A stretch of DNA of 64,000 nucleotides from an uncultured Actinomycetota bacterium (GTDB lineage Bacteria; Actinomycetota; Actinomycetes; S36-B12; UBA5976), in contig CAWATP010000009.1 in assembly GCA_963784905.1 (NCBI GenBank), positions 54,279 through 118,278 of the forward strand, written 5' to 3'. Positions 54,898 through 64,000 of this stretch are shown here, piece by piece. A program made the position numbers and the translations under genes. The notes under the pieces were generated by a model. That model did not search any database. It saw only the letters and a program-made list of their open reading frames with translations, and was not told the DNA's origin. Numbering within the stretch: the first letter of the stretch is position 1; every line of letters begins with the position of its first letter.

Positions 54898-55364
54898 GGG
54901 TTGGGCATCTCGATGCTTGCGCCGAGCGCCTGCACGATTTTGGCCGAGATGGCGCCGAGTGTGGCGAACTCTTCGGGCGAGAGCGCGTCGACCAGGTGGT
55001 GGCGGACGGATTCCACATGGCTGGGAGCTGCCTCCTGCAGTAATTGCCATCCCTGTGCCGTCATTACCGCGAGCAGACCGCGACCGTCGCCTTCGCAGTT
55101 GCTCCGCGCAACGAGTCCTGCGAGCTCCATACGGTCGATCTGATGCGTCAAACGCGAGCGTGAGACCAACGTCTTACGAGCCAGATCGCTCATGCGCAGG
55201 CTGTGATCCGGTGATTCTGAAAGGCGAACGAGGATGTCGTAGTCCGAGAGCGTCAGGCCCGATGCTGCGTGGAGTTCGCGTCCCAAGCGATCGGGAACCA
55301 GCGTGATGGCGGTGAGCCATGAACGCCACGCCACCTGTTCCTCAAGCGAGAGCCACCGCGTCAT
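54894..55364 (-). CDS. MarR family regulator
   Basis: LRMSDLA...SRSRLTHQIDRME..GLV.R...DGRG. Confidence 0.9.
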   Translation of the reverse strand: MTRWLSLEEQVAWRSWLTAITLVPDRLGRELHAASGLTLSDYDILVRLSESPDHSLRMSDLARKTLVSRSRLTHQIDRMELAGLVARSNCEGDGRGLLAVMTAQGWQLLQEAAPSHVESVRHHLVDALSPEEFATLGAISAKIVQALGASIEMPNP

Positions 55365-55405
55365 GAACGGAGTTTAGCGCCGGCACATGCTGCACTGCGG
55401 TGCTT

Positions 55406-56140
55406 TCAGGCATGGTCCCAGAGTCGGACGCCCCCGAGTAGGCCGGCAGTGTTGGACACGATGCGGCAGTTCGCCGGCAACTCCAAATCTGCGAGACGCG
55501 CGGCATTTCCGCCGCCAATATGGCATGTGTCGAAGAAGAGGAAGTCGTCGAAAACGCCGATTGCGCGAAGTACGCGTTCTCTCCAGCGAGTGTTGCCAAT
55601 GCGCTTGCGTGCTGCGTTTCCGATCGCTGCATCAAAATCCATATCGGTGCGGAAGAGCGCGTGGGACAACTCGAGGTGGGGGATGAGCACGCCGTCTTGG
55701 AAGATGGCGGTACCGACGCCGGTGCCCAATGTCATCACGAATTCAAAGCCGACGCCATCGACGACGGCTGAGCCCTGTACATCGGCGTCGTTGGCGACTC
55801 GCAGTGGTTTGCCGAAGGCGGTGCCTAATGCATCCTGCAGTCTGAAGCCGTGCCAAGCCGCGGTCAACTGTGCATCCGCTTCGCCGTCATAGGTGGCGCG
55901 GCTGAGGGACGGCACATTGCCGACAACACCTGCACGAACCAACCCCGGAAAGGCCACTGACACTCGTTCGAATTCTCCGAACTCTCGAGTCAAGTCGAGC
56001 AAACGTTCAATGAGACGATCGGGCGGGCACGGGTACGGCGTCTTGATCTTGACGCGCTCACTTACCATGGAACCGTCGAGTGCGACCAGTGCAGCCTTCA
56101 GGCCGGTACCACCAATATCAATACACAAGGTTGTGGTCAT
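55406..56140 (-). CDS. ROK family kinase (polyphosphate glucokinase-like)
   Basis: [19 protein letters not shown] and GGGN motifs. Confidence 0.85.
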   Translation of the reverse strand: MTTTLCIDIGGTGLKAALVALDGSMVSERVKIKTPYPCPPDRLIERLLDLTREFGEFERVSVAFPGLVRAGVVGNVPSLSRATYDGEADAQLTAAWHGFRLQDALGTAFGKPLRVANDADVQGSAVVDGVGFEFVMTLGTGVGTAIFQDGVLIPHLELSHALFRTDMDFDAAIGNAARKRIGNTRWRERVLRAIGVFDDFLFFDTCHIGGGNAARLADLELPANCRIVSNTAGLLGGVRLWDHA

Positions 56141-56982
56141 GGCTGCGTCAAAATCTCCGCTCCGGTATCAGTGACGACGATCGTATGCTCGAACTGGGCA
56201 CTGCGCCTCCGGTCCCTGGTCACGACTGTCCAGTTGTCATCCCACATATCCCATTCGAAGGTGCCCAACGTCAGCATCGGTTCGATTGTGAACGTCATGC
56301 CGACCTCCATCACGGTGTCGTAGCGCTCATCGTCGTAGTGCGGGATAACGAGGCCAGAGTGAAAGGCCGTAGAAATTCCATGACCAGTGAAATCGCGGAC
56401 TACGCCGTATCCGAAACGCGACGCGTAGGACTCAATGACACGACCGATGACGCTGATCGGGCGCCCTGGTCGGACAGCTGATATGGCCCGACGCAGGGAC
56501 TCCTCGGTGCGCTCGACCAAGAGCCTCGACTCGTCATCAACCGCACCACATAGGTAGGTGGCATCCGTATCGCCGTGTACGCCGTTGAGAAACGCAGTGA
56601 TATCGATGTTGACGATATCGCCGTCCCGCAATTCCGTGGAGTCAGGGATGCCGTGGCAAATCACTTCGTTGATGGAGGTACACAAGCTCTTGGGGTAACC
56701 ACGATATCCCAGCGTCGACGGGTAGGCCCCGTGATCGCACATGAATTCATGACCTATGCGATCGATCGCGTCGGTGGTGACACCGGGTGCGATGGCCTTT
56801 GCGGCTTCAGCCATCGCTTGCGCTGCAACACGTCCTGCGATGCGCATGCGCTCGATCGTGTCGGAATCCTGCACCCAACTGCCGACGTACGCAGTCGGTG
56901 CGGGTCGATCGACATATTCCGGTCGCGGAATCGACGCGGGAACAGAGCGGCGAGGCGACAGGACTCCGGGCGTGAGCGACAT
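56137..56982 (-). CDS. map: Methionine aminopeptidase type I
   Basis: [20 protein letters not shown] and SAQFEHT motifs. Confidence 0.96.
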   Translation of the reverse strand: MSLTPGVLSPRRSVPASIPRPEYVDRPAPTAYVGSWVQDSDTIERMRIAGRVAAQAMAEAAKAIAPGVTTDAIDRIGHEFMCDHGAYPSTLGYRGYPKSLCTSINEVICHGIPDSTELRDGDIVNIDITAFLNGVHGDTDATYLCGAVDDESRLLVERTEESLRRAISAVRPGRPISVIGRVIESYASRFGYGVVRDFTGHGISTAFHSGLVIPHYDDERYDTVMEVGMTFTIEPMLTLGTFEWDMWDDNWTVVTRDRRRSAQFEHTIVVTDTGAEILTQP

Positions 56983-56999
56983 GAGCGGAGTCTATAAAT

Positions 57000-57035
57000 G
57001 TTGAGGCCCGCATCCTGAAGGATGCGGGCCTCAAC
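57000..57035. terminator. Long perfect hairpin after the histone-like gene
   Basis: GTTGAGGCCCGCATCCT-GA-AGGATGCGGGCCTCAAC. Confidence 0.8.
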
Positions 57036-57046
57036 GGCGAACGAGG

Positions 57047-57382
57047 TTATGCCTTCTTGGCAGCGGCCTTCTTCGGTGCTGCCTTCTTGACGACCTTCTT
57101 GGCAGCGGCCTTCTTCGGTGCTGCCTTCTTGGCGACGACCTTCTTGGCTGCTGCCTTCTTCGGTGCAGCCTTCTTGGCTGCTGCCTTCTTCGGTGCAGCC
57201 TTCTTAGCTACGGCCTTCTTGGCTACGGCCTTCTTGGCTACGGCCTTCTTGGCTACGGCCTTCTTGGCCACAGCCTTCTTCGCGACGACCTTCTTGGCTA
57301 CAGCCTTCTTCGGAGCAGCCTTCTTGGCGACGACCTTCTTGGCCGCTGCCTTCTTCGGAGCAGCCTTCTTAGCCACTGCCAT
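57047..57382 (-). CDS. Histone H1-like Lys/Ala-rich protein made of pentapeptide repeats
   Basis: GGAGGA RBS; xxxKK units ([15 protein letters not shown]) encoded by 15-bp repeats. Confidence 0.85.
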   Translation of the reverse strand: MAVAKKAAPKKAAAKKVVAKKAAPKKAVAKKVVAKKAVAKKAVAKKAVAKKAVAKKAVAKKAAPKKAAAKKAAPKKAAAKKVVAKKAAPKKAAAKKVVKKAAPKKAAAKKA

Positions 57383-57589
57383 AATTCCTCCAGTTTTTGG
57401 CGCCCTCGACATAGGGCGACTAAGGCAACGATGACACAAACTTCGCGATATTCGAAGCATTCAAGCAACAGCGCATCGGTGTGTCGTCTTGTGTTGCGAC
57501 GCTACATAGCTGCGTCCGATGCATCACGTGATCGCAATTCACGCTATCGAAGTGCATCTGTGTGGGTTCGACCATCAAATCCCTCAATG

Positions 57590-58150
57590 CAGAAAGTGCT
57601 TGCGGCATAAGGGGAATTGGCGCCATCGACAGAAGCGCGCCAGAGGTGAGAGACATACGAAGCGATGTAACACGAGCGGTGAAAGTTGCTCTCACACCAC
57701 CGATTTGCGAACCGATTGAGTACGACAACATTTCTGTGCCCGCCATACGTCTGCGGAGCGAATCAGGGATCGTGAGGTTGCAGTTGAGTGATCGGGAAAC
57801 GCCGCTCACTATGTTTGCCGCACCTGCGAATGCAAGCAACAACATGACGCGAAGATGTTTGGTGCGAAGCCAGTGGCACAGATTGCCAGTCCCCAAAGCA
57901 TTGCTGCGTATACGACGGCTTGTCCACGGTGATGCACTCGCAGCGTCCATCCGGACGGAGACGACGCAAGCAGTGCCCCGACAGCTGCACTTGCAGAGAG
58001 GGCGCCAAGCGCCTACTGCGCATCGAAGGCAATCGCAACGAATGGCAGTAGCGCGTTCGGGTAGGCAAAGACCATGGCAATGGTGTCAACGAAGTACGTA
58101 CCAAGAATGTCTCTGCGGGACCTTGCCCAACTCACCGGCACGAAACTCCG
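57590..58150 (-). pseudogene. Degraded 3' half of an EntS-like MFS transporter gene
   Basis: ARSRRDILGTYFVDTIAM...; in-frame TAG at 58013-58015; continues in other frames (AGAANIVSG..R...TIPD.LR.RMAG.EMLSYSIG). Confidence 0.7.
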
Positions 58151-58178
58151 CAAGAACGTGAGCGGGAGCACCTGCCAA

Positions 58179-59015
58179 CTAACTGTAGGACTGCTCTGCT
58201 GCCGGGTAGGACTGGTCGGCAACGTCGTGGGCCCAGCGCTGCGCGGCATCGCGCATCGCGTCACCGACGGCGGCATAGGGCTTCACGAACTTTGGCTGAT
58301 GCCCTCGAGTCATGCCGAACAAATCGTGGACGACAAGCACTTGGCCGTCTGTCGCATTGCCGGCGCCGATACCGATGACTGGGATGCGTAGTTCAGTAGT
58401 GATGCGAGCAGCCAAGTCCCGAGGCACAACTTCGAGGACAAGGGCAAATGCACCGGCATCCTGCAGTTGTAGGGCTTCGGCGAGGATGCGATCTCCAGCT
58501 TCACCGCGACCCTGCACGCCGTACCCGCCAAGTTGGTGCACGGACTGCGGTGTCACGCCGAGATGTGCCATGACGGGAATGCCGACGGCAGTCAAGGCCT
58601 GCACTTGCGGAACAACTGCTCGGCCGCCTTCGAGCTTCACCGCATGTGCAAGCCCGTCTTTGAGGAACCGTGAGCCGGTATCCACGGCTTGTGCGATGGA
58701 TGACTGGTACGAGCCGAAGGGTAGGTCGGCGACGACAAGCGCTCGTCGCGATCCGCGCACGACGCCGCGAACGAGCGGCAGCAACTCCTCGATGGTCACT
58801 GGGATGGTGTTGTCATAGCCGTAGATGACAGTCGCAGCGGAATCGCCGACGAGCAACACGGGAATGCCGGCCTCATCCAGAATCGAAGCCGTTGTTGCGT
58901 CGTATGCAGTGAGCATGGGCCAACGTTCGCCGCGAAGCTTCGCAGCGGCGAGATCATTGATCGTGATGCGTGCCCCTGAAGTGCCGTTATACAGCGATGT
59001 CGCGGTGCTGGGCAT
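58179..59015 (-). CDS. panB: 3-methyl-2-oxobutanoate hydroxymethyltransferase
   Basis: MLTAYD, LVGDS, DLPFGSY, VKLEGG and IGIGAG motifs. Confidence 0.96.
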   Translation of the reverse strand: MPSTATSLYNGTSGARITINDLAAAKLRGERWPMLTAYDATTASILDEAGIPVLLVGDSAATVIYGYDNTIPVTIEELLPLVRGVVRGSRRALVVADLPFGSYQSSIAQAVDTGSRFLKDGLAHAVKLEGGRAVVPQVQALTAVGIPVMAHLGVTPQSVHQLGGYGVQGRGEAGDRILAEALQLQDAGAFALVLEVVPRDLAARITTELRIPVIGIGAGNATDGQVLVVHDLFGMTRGHQPKFVKPYAAVGDAMRDAAQRWAHDVADQSYPAAEQSYS

Positions 59016-59092
59016 GGTGAAACTCCTATCTCGAGGCCCGAACGGGTCCCCGGATGACTGCAGTCTCGCACAAGGCGAGACAGCAGAGCCAA

Positions 59093-60832
59093 CTAGTTGC
59101 GCGACTCGCGCCAGCGATTCGTTATCGGCAGACGTCGATCGCGGCCGAATGCGCGGGATGAGAGTTTCGGCCCCGGCGGGTACTGCCGGCGCTTGTATTC
59201 GGCGAGATCGACCAATCGCAGCACTCGGTCCACGAGCGCAGGATCGAAGCCACGTGTGACGAGCTCATCGCCGCCGATATCACCTTCAACGTAGAGATCC
59301 AGCAGCGCATCGAGTTCGAGATATTCGGGCAGCGAATCGCTGTCCTTCTGGTTGGGTCGCAGTTCCGCCGAAGGTGGTTTGCTGATTGATGAAGGCGGAA
59401 TCGGTGGCACCTCACCTCGCGACACAGCATCTGCGTTCCGCCATTCTGAGAGCGCCCATACCAGCGTCTTGGGAACGTCCTTGATGGGGGCGTAGCCGCC
59501 GACCGCATCTCCATAGATCGTGGAATAGCCGACCGCTAACTCGCTCTTGTTACCGGTGGCGAGTACGAGATGGCCCTCTTCGTTGCTGACCGCCATAAGT
59601 GTGGTGCCGCGCACCCGAGCCTGCAGATTTTCTGCCGCCAGCCCATGCAGTGGCATCGCACGCTCGTAGGCATGCACCATCGGCTCAATCTCAATCGTGC
59701 GCAGGTGGCAGCCGAGACGTGCCGCCAAGTCGGCGGCGTCGTCGCGTGAATGCTGTGATGAATACCGTGATGGCATGGAAATTCCGTATACCTGATCGGG
59801 TCCAAGCGCGTCTGCGGCGATTGCGGCCACCAGTGCCGAGTCGATGCCTCCTGAGAGACCGAGTGTGACGGAGGCGAAGCCGTTCTTCTTGACGTAATCG
59901 TGTGTGGCGACCACTAGCGCGCGGTAAGCCTCGGCATGTGGATCGAGTGCGGCAGCAATAGTGAATTGCAGTGGCTTGTAGGTATCCAAGGGGAATCGCC
60001 CGATCAGCACGGCACTGGTGCCATCAGCCAACGTCGGCACGTTCTCAGCCGCCTGCAACTCGAGATCCACGAGCATCAGACCATCGTCAAAAAGGGGAGC
60101 GCGGGCGATGGTTGTTCCACGTTCGTCGACGACGAGGGAGTCACCGTCGAAGACCAATTCATCCTGTGCGCCGACCATGTTGACGTATGCGATGGGGCAG
60201 CCCGCCTCAATCGCGCGCTGCTGCACCAGCGCGCGTCGTACATCCGTCTTGCCCTGCTCGTAGGGCGAGCCATTAATGACGACCAGCAAGCCGGCTTGCT
60301 GTGAGCGAACCCGCGCGACCGGCCCACCGTCTTGCCAGAGGTCTTCGCAGATGGCGAACGCGACGTTTACGCCGGCGATCCTCGCGACCAAACTATCGTC
60401 GCCCGGCACGAAGTTGCGGAACTCGTCAAAAACCCCGTAGTTGGGCAGATGGTGTTTGGCATACGTGCCCGCGATCCGCCCGCGATGGATCAGCGCAAGT
60501 GCATTTACGGGCGAACCCAAGGGCCGACCGAGTGCGGGAGATGTGTCGGCGCGGACGCCAAGGTAACCCACAACTACGGCGGCATCGCCACACCCAGCTG
60601 CGTCCAAAGATTTCGCGAGTTGTTCGATGGCCAAGAGCGATGCGCGTTGGAAGGACGGCCGGAGCGCCAGATCTTCGATGGGGTACCCGCTGATCATCAT
60701 CTCGGGGAATACGACGAGGTGGGCGCCACTGTGCACCGCCTGCTTGGTGGATGCGAGCACGAGCGCGGCGTTACCCGCTAGGTCGCCGACGCTGGGGTTG
60801 AGCTGTGCGAGCGCGATCCGCATTTGGGCCAT
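59093..60832 (-). CDS. nadE: Glutamine-dependent NAD+ synthetase
   Basis: Nitrilase domain (FPE, K..LPNYGVFDE, ICEDLW) plus SGGIDSA, ENLQAR and PSAEL. Confidence 0.95.
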   Translation of the reverse strand: MAQMRIALAQLNPSVGDLAGNAALVLASTKQAVHSGAHLVVFPEMMISGYPIEDLALRPSFQRASLLAIEQLAKSLDAAGCGDAAVVVGYLGVRADTSPALGRPLGSPVNALALIHRGRIAGTYAKHHLPNYGVFDEFRNFVPGDDSLVARIAGVNVAFAICEDLWQDGGPVARVRSQQAGLLVVINGSPYEQGKTDVRRALVQQRAIEAGCPIAYVNMVGAQDELVFDGDSLVVDERGTTIARAPLFDDGLMLVDLELQAAENVPTLADGTSAVLIGRFPLDTYKPLQFTIAAALDPHAEAYRALVVATHDYVKKNGFASVTLGLSGGIDSALVAAIAADALGPDQVYGISMPSRYSSQHSRDDAADLAARLGCHLRTIEIEPMVHAYERAMPLHGLAAENLQARVRGTTLMAVSNEEGHLVLATGNKSELAVGYSTIYGDAVGGYAPIKDVPKTLVWALSEWRNADAVSRGEVPPIPPSSISKPPSAELRPNQKDSDSLPEYLELDALLDLYVEGDIGGDELVTRGFDPALVDRVLRLVDLAEYKRRQYPPGPKLSSRAFGRDRRLPITNRWRESRN

Positions 60833-60996
60833 GCGGCAAGCCTAAGCGGCGGGGCTGACCATGTGGACGACCGTTGAACGCAGGCAACGGAAGGTTCGAA
60901 CCGCCGACGCCCGGGGCGTGATCTGCGCAATATGGGCGTAACACGACAGTGGCAGGCTCCACATTGGACGCCTATGCCACTGGAAGGGTGTGTCTC

Positions 60997-62334
60997 ATGG
61001 ACAAGCAGACTGAATTCGTCCTCCGATCGATCGAGGAACGCGATATTCGCTTCGTGCGGTTGTGGTTCACGGACGTGCTGGGGTTCCTGAAGTCCGTTGC
61101 CGTTGCACCGGCCGAGCTTGAGGGTGCCTTCGAAGAGGGAATCGGGTTCGATGGATCCGCCATTGAAGGTTTCGCTCGAGTTCACGAGAGCGACATGCTG
61201 GCCTGGCCCGACGCGTCCACTTTCCAGATTCTGCCCTGGCGCGGCGAAGCCAACTCCGTGGCACGTATCTTTTGCGACATCACGATGCCCGATGGTTCGC
61301 CTTCCTTCGCGGATCCCCGGCATGTGCTGAAGCGCGCCTTGGCGAAGGCCTCGGATATGGGCTTCAGCTTCTACACACATCCGGAAATCGAGTTCTTCCT
61401 CTTCAAGGACGAACCGCGTGCCGGTGTGGAGCCTGTACCAGTCGACAATTTCGGGTACTTCGATCACTCGCCACACGGCGTCGGCTACGACTTCAGACGC
61501 CTCGCCATCACCATGCTCGAGTCGATGGGCATCTCGGTTGAGTTCTCGCATCATGAGGCGGCGCCAGGACAGCAGGAGATCGATCTGCGCTACGCCGATG
61601 CGCTCACTACTGCAGACAACATCATGACCTTCCGTGCTGTGGTTAAGGAAGTTGCGCTCGGCCAGGGCGTGTATGCCTCGTTTATGCCGAAGCCGTCGAG
61701 CAACTACCCGGGCTCGGGCATGCACACACACCTGTCGCTGTTCGAAGGTGATCGCAACGCATTTTACGAAGCGGGTAATCAATACCAGCTTTCGAAGGTC
61801 GGACAGTCCTTCGTTGCCGGATTGCTGAAGCACGCGCCTGAAATCACGGCAGTCACCAACCAATGGGTGAACTCTTATAAGCGACTCATTGGAGGCGGAG
61901 AGGCGCCTGCGCATGTGTGCTGGGGTCATAACAATCGCTCCGCGATGGTGCGCGTCCCCATGTATAAGCCAGGCAAGGGCAACAGCACCCGCATCGAGGT
62001 TCGCTCACTTGATACCGCTTGTAACCCCTACCTTGCCTTCGCTGTGCTGTTGAGCGCCGGGCTCAAGGGCATCGAAGAGGGCTACCCGCTGCCTCCCGGT
62101 GCCGAGGACGATGTGTGGAGTCTGACTGACAGCGAGCGCCGGGCCATGGGCATGACTGCCTTACCTTCAAGCTTGGGCGATGCCATTCGTGTGATGGAAC
62201 GCAGCGATTTGGTGGCGGAGACCCTGGGCGAGCATGTATTCGATTTCTTCCTTCGCAACAAGCGCGCGGAATGGGAGGAATACCGTCGTCAGGTGACTCC
62301 ATACGAGTTGGACAAGTATCTTCCGGTGTTGTGA
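60997..62334 (+). CDS. glnA: Glutamine synthetase type I (GlnA2-like)
   Basis: FDGSAIEGF, HHE.APGQQEI, FMPKP, GSGMHTH and NSYKRL motifs. Confidence 0.93.
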   Translation: MDKQTEFVLRSIEERDIRFVRLWFTDVLGFLKSVAVAPAELEGAFEEGIGFDGSAIEGFARVHESDMLAWPDASTFQILPWRGEANSVARIFCDITMPDGSPSFADPRHVLKRALAKASDMGFSFYTHPEIEFFLFKDEPRAGVEPVPVDNFGYFDHSPHGVGYDFRRLAITMLESMGISVEFSHHEAAPGQQEIDLRYADALTTADNIMTFRAVVKEVALGQGVYASFMPKPSSNYPGSGMHTHLSLFEGDRNAFYEAGNQYQLSKVGQSFVAGLLKHAPEITAVTNQWVNSYKRLIGGGEAPAHVCWGHNNRSAMVRVPMYKPGKGNSTRIEVRSLDTACNPYLAFAVLLSAGLKGIEEGYPLPPGAEDDVWSLTDSERRAMGMTALPSSLGDAIRVMERSDLVAETLGEHVFDFFLRNKRAEWEEYRRQVTPYELDKYLPVL

Positions 62335-62352
62335 CAACTCGGGAGGCTCGCT

Positions 62353-64000
62353 GTGGCTGGTGAAGGCCTGCAGCGGGTTGCCTCACTGACATCGCGACTT
62401 GTTCGCATTGGCGTCCGCGATTCCGAGATGGCGCTTGCCTTGATACTGCAAGAGCCGCTCGCCTCAGTTTTTGCTGCTGAAGCGCTTGATGATCTGGATC
62501 TCGCACCTGACCCCGACCAAGCATTGCGCGTGCTGTCCGACATTGCTGTGTCTGCGCCGGACGCCCTGCAGTTGTTGGTCCACGACGCGGGCGCGCGGCA
62601 TCGCCTGCTCGCATTGGTTGGTATGTCGCGGGGTATCGCGCAGCATCTCGTGAAGCGCCCTCAAGACTTGAGCCTGTTTGCGACGGGCGGGGCTTGGGAA
62701 CGACTCGTATCCGCAGAGGCTATGCGCGCCCATCTACTCGCTGGAGTGGGGGTGGATCTTTCGCTCACACCACCCTTTGCGACGCTGACTGGGTTGGCGG
62801 CTCGGGACGAATTGCGGATTCGCTATCGACAACTGCTCATGTGCGTGGCTGCACTCGACCTCGCGCACGGGTTGCCCGTGGATGGAGTTGTCGAGATGCT
62901 CTCGGATCTTGCTGATGCTGTACTGCAGACTGCATTGGCGATCGCGACCGCCGAACTCTCAGCGAACGCTGAGCCTTGTCGCTTCGCGATCATCGCGATG
63001 GGCAAGTGCGGTGGTCGAGAACTCAACTACGTGAGTGACGTCGACGTCATTTTTGTCGGTGAACCGCTCGACGCCAGTGACGATCCCGCGAAGGCTCTGC
63101 GCACCGCTACCACGCTGGCCACGACGGTGATGTCGATCTGTCAGGACTTCACCACCGAAGGAACGATCTGGCAGGTGGACGCTGCCCTGCGACCTGAAGG
63201 AAACGACGGCGCCCTGGTGCGAACACTGCGTTCACATGTGGGTTATTACGAGCGGTGGGCTGAGAGCTGGGAGTTCCAGGCGCTGCTCAAAGCGAGGCCC
63301 TGTGCAGGGGACGAAGCGTTGGGCACGGCTTATGTGGACGCCCTGTCGCCGATGGTGTGGACAGCTACCACACGGCCGAATTTCGTCAACGATGTGCAGA
63401 TCATGCGCAAGCGTGTTGAGCGCGAGATAGCGCCGACCGATCTGGAGCGCGAACTCAAACTTGGCCCCGGTGGTCTGCGCGACGTTGAGTTCTCCGTGCA
63501 ATTGCTGCAATTGGTTCACGGGCGATCCGACGAGCGGCTGCGCTCCCGCGCGACGCTTGAGGCACTCGATGTGTTGGCCGCGTGCGGGTACGTGGGTCGG
63601 GAAGACGCGAGCATGATGGCAAGCTCGTATCGCTTTGAACGGTCGGTCGAACACCGCATTCAATTGCTCGATTTGCGACGCACGCACATGATTCCAACGG
63701 ACGAATTGCAGTTGCGGACCATTGCGCGATCATTGCAGTTGCGCACCACCGAGAAGCTTGAGCAGAACCTGCGTCACCACGCGAAGAACGTGCGGCGGAT
63801 TCACGAGAAACTGTTCTACCGACCCCTGCTGCAAGCAGTAGCGAGACTGGACGACGGCGACTCACGCCTGACGCTGGAGCAAGCAGTAGAGCGGCTTCGC
63901 ATCCTGGGCTTCCGCGATCCGGAGGGGGCTATGCGGCACGTGGAGGCGCTCTCCACTGGGGTGTCACGGCGCGCTGCGATTCAACGCACATTGCTACCGG
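62353..64000 (+). CDS. glnE: Glutamine synthetase adenylyltransferase, runs off the window end
   Basis: Read by hand from GTG 62353: MGKCGGRELNYVSDVDV, VDAALRPEG, WEFQALLKAR and KLGPGGLRDVEF. Confidence 0.93.
   Translation, partial: MAGEGLQRVASLTSRLVRIGVRDSEMALALILQEPLASVFAAEALDDLDLAPDPDQALRVLSDIAVSAPDALQLLVHDAGARHRLLALVGMSRGIAQHLVKRPQDLSLFATGGAWERLVSAEAMRAHLLAGVGVDLSLTPPFATLTGLAARDELRIRYRQLLMCVAALDLAHGLPVDGVVEMLSDLADAVLQTALAIATAELSANAEPCRFAIIAMGKCGGRELNYVSDVDVIFVGEPLDASDDPAKALRTATTLATTVMSICQDFTTEGTIWQVDAALRPEGNDGALVRTLRSHVGYYERWAESWEFQALLKARPCAGDEALGTAYVDALSPMVWTATTRPNFVNDVQIMRKRVEREIAPTDLERELKLGPGGLRDVEFSVQLLQLVHGRSDERLRSRATLEALDVLAACGYVGREDASMMASSYRFERSVEHRIQLLDLRRTHMIPTDELQLRTIARSLQLRTTEKLEQNLRHHAKNVRRIHEKLFYRPLLQAVARLDDGDSRLTLEQAVERLRILGFRDPEGAMRHVEALSTGVSRRAAIQRTLLP

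Noticed and set aside
57047-57382. Repeat array as CRISPR
   Set aside because: Contiguous 15-bp coding repeats without spacers; no cas genes in the window

Overview
High-GC actinobacterial chromosome segment (fab operon, aceE, tRNA-Val, rnpB, tgt, panB, nadE, glnA, glnE) interrupted by a 16.7-kb integrated virus at 15848-32596, bounded by an exact 18-bp direct repeat (ACCGCGGGGTCGCCAAAT). The element encodes no terminase, portal, HK97 capsid, tail or DNA polymerase. It has a 393-aa protein whose motifs follow the PRD1 P3 double jelly-roll major capsid protein, an FtsK/HerA-like packaging ATPase, many tiny membrane proteins, a membrane-anchored lysozyme, beta-rich vertex candidates, an endolysin/holin pair and a short tyrosine integrase. 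It therefore looks like a temperate, tailless, lipid-containing (tectivirus-like) provirus. The att core lies inside the 3' end of the repressor gene: the integrated form ends ...NLATPR*, while the reconstructed excised form gains 20 aa ending in an ssrA-like tag (...HEYSLSA*). This is the architecture of integration-dependent immunity known from tailed mycobacteriophages. The same core appears to hold the -35 box of the fabD promoter. Other items: an 11-bp-periodic candidate origin, a CarH/LitR B12 photoreceptor with 11-bp operator repeats facing a furan-fatty-acid-like cluster, and gene remnants. All family assignments come from motif recognition by eye and recalled reference sequences; no searches were run.
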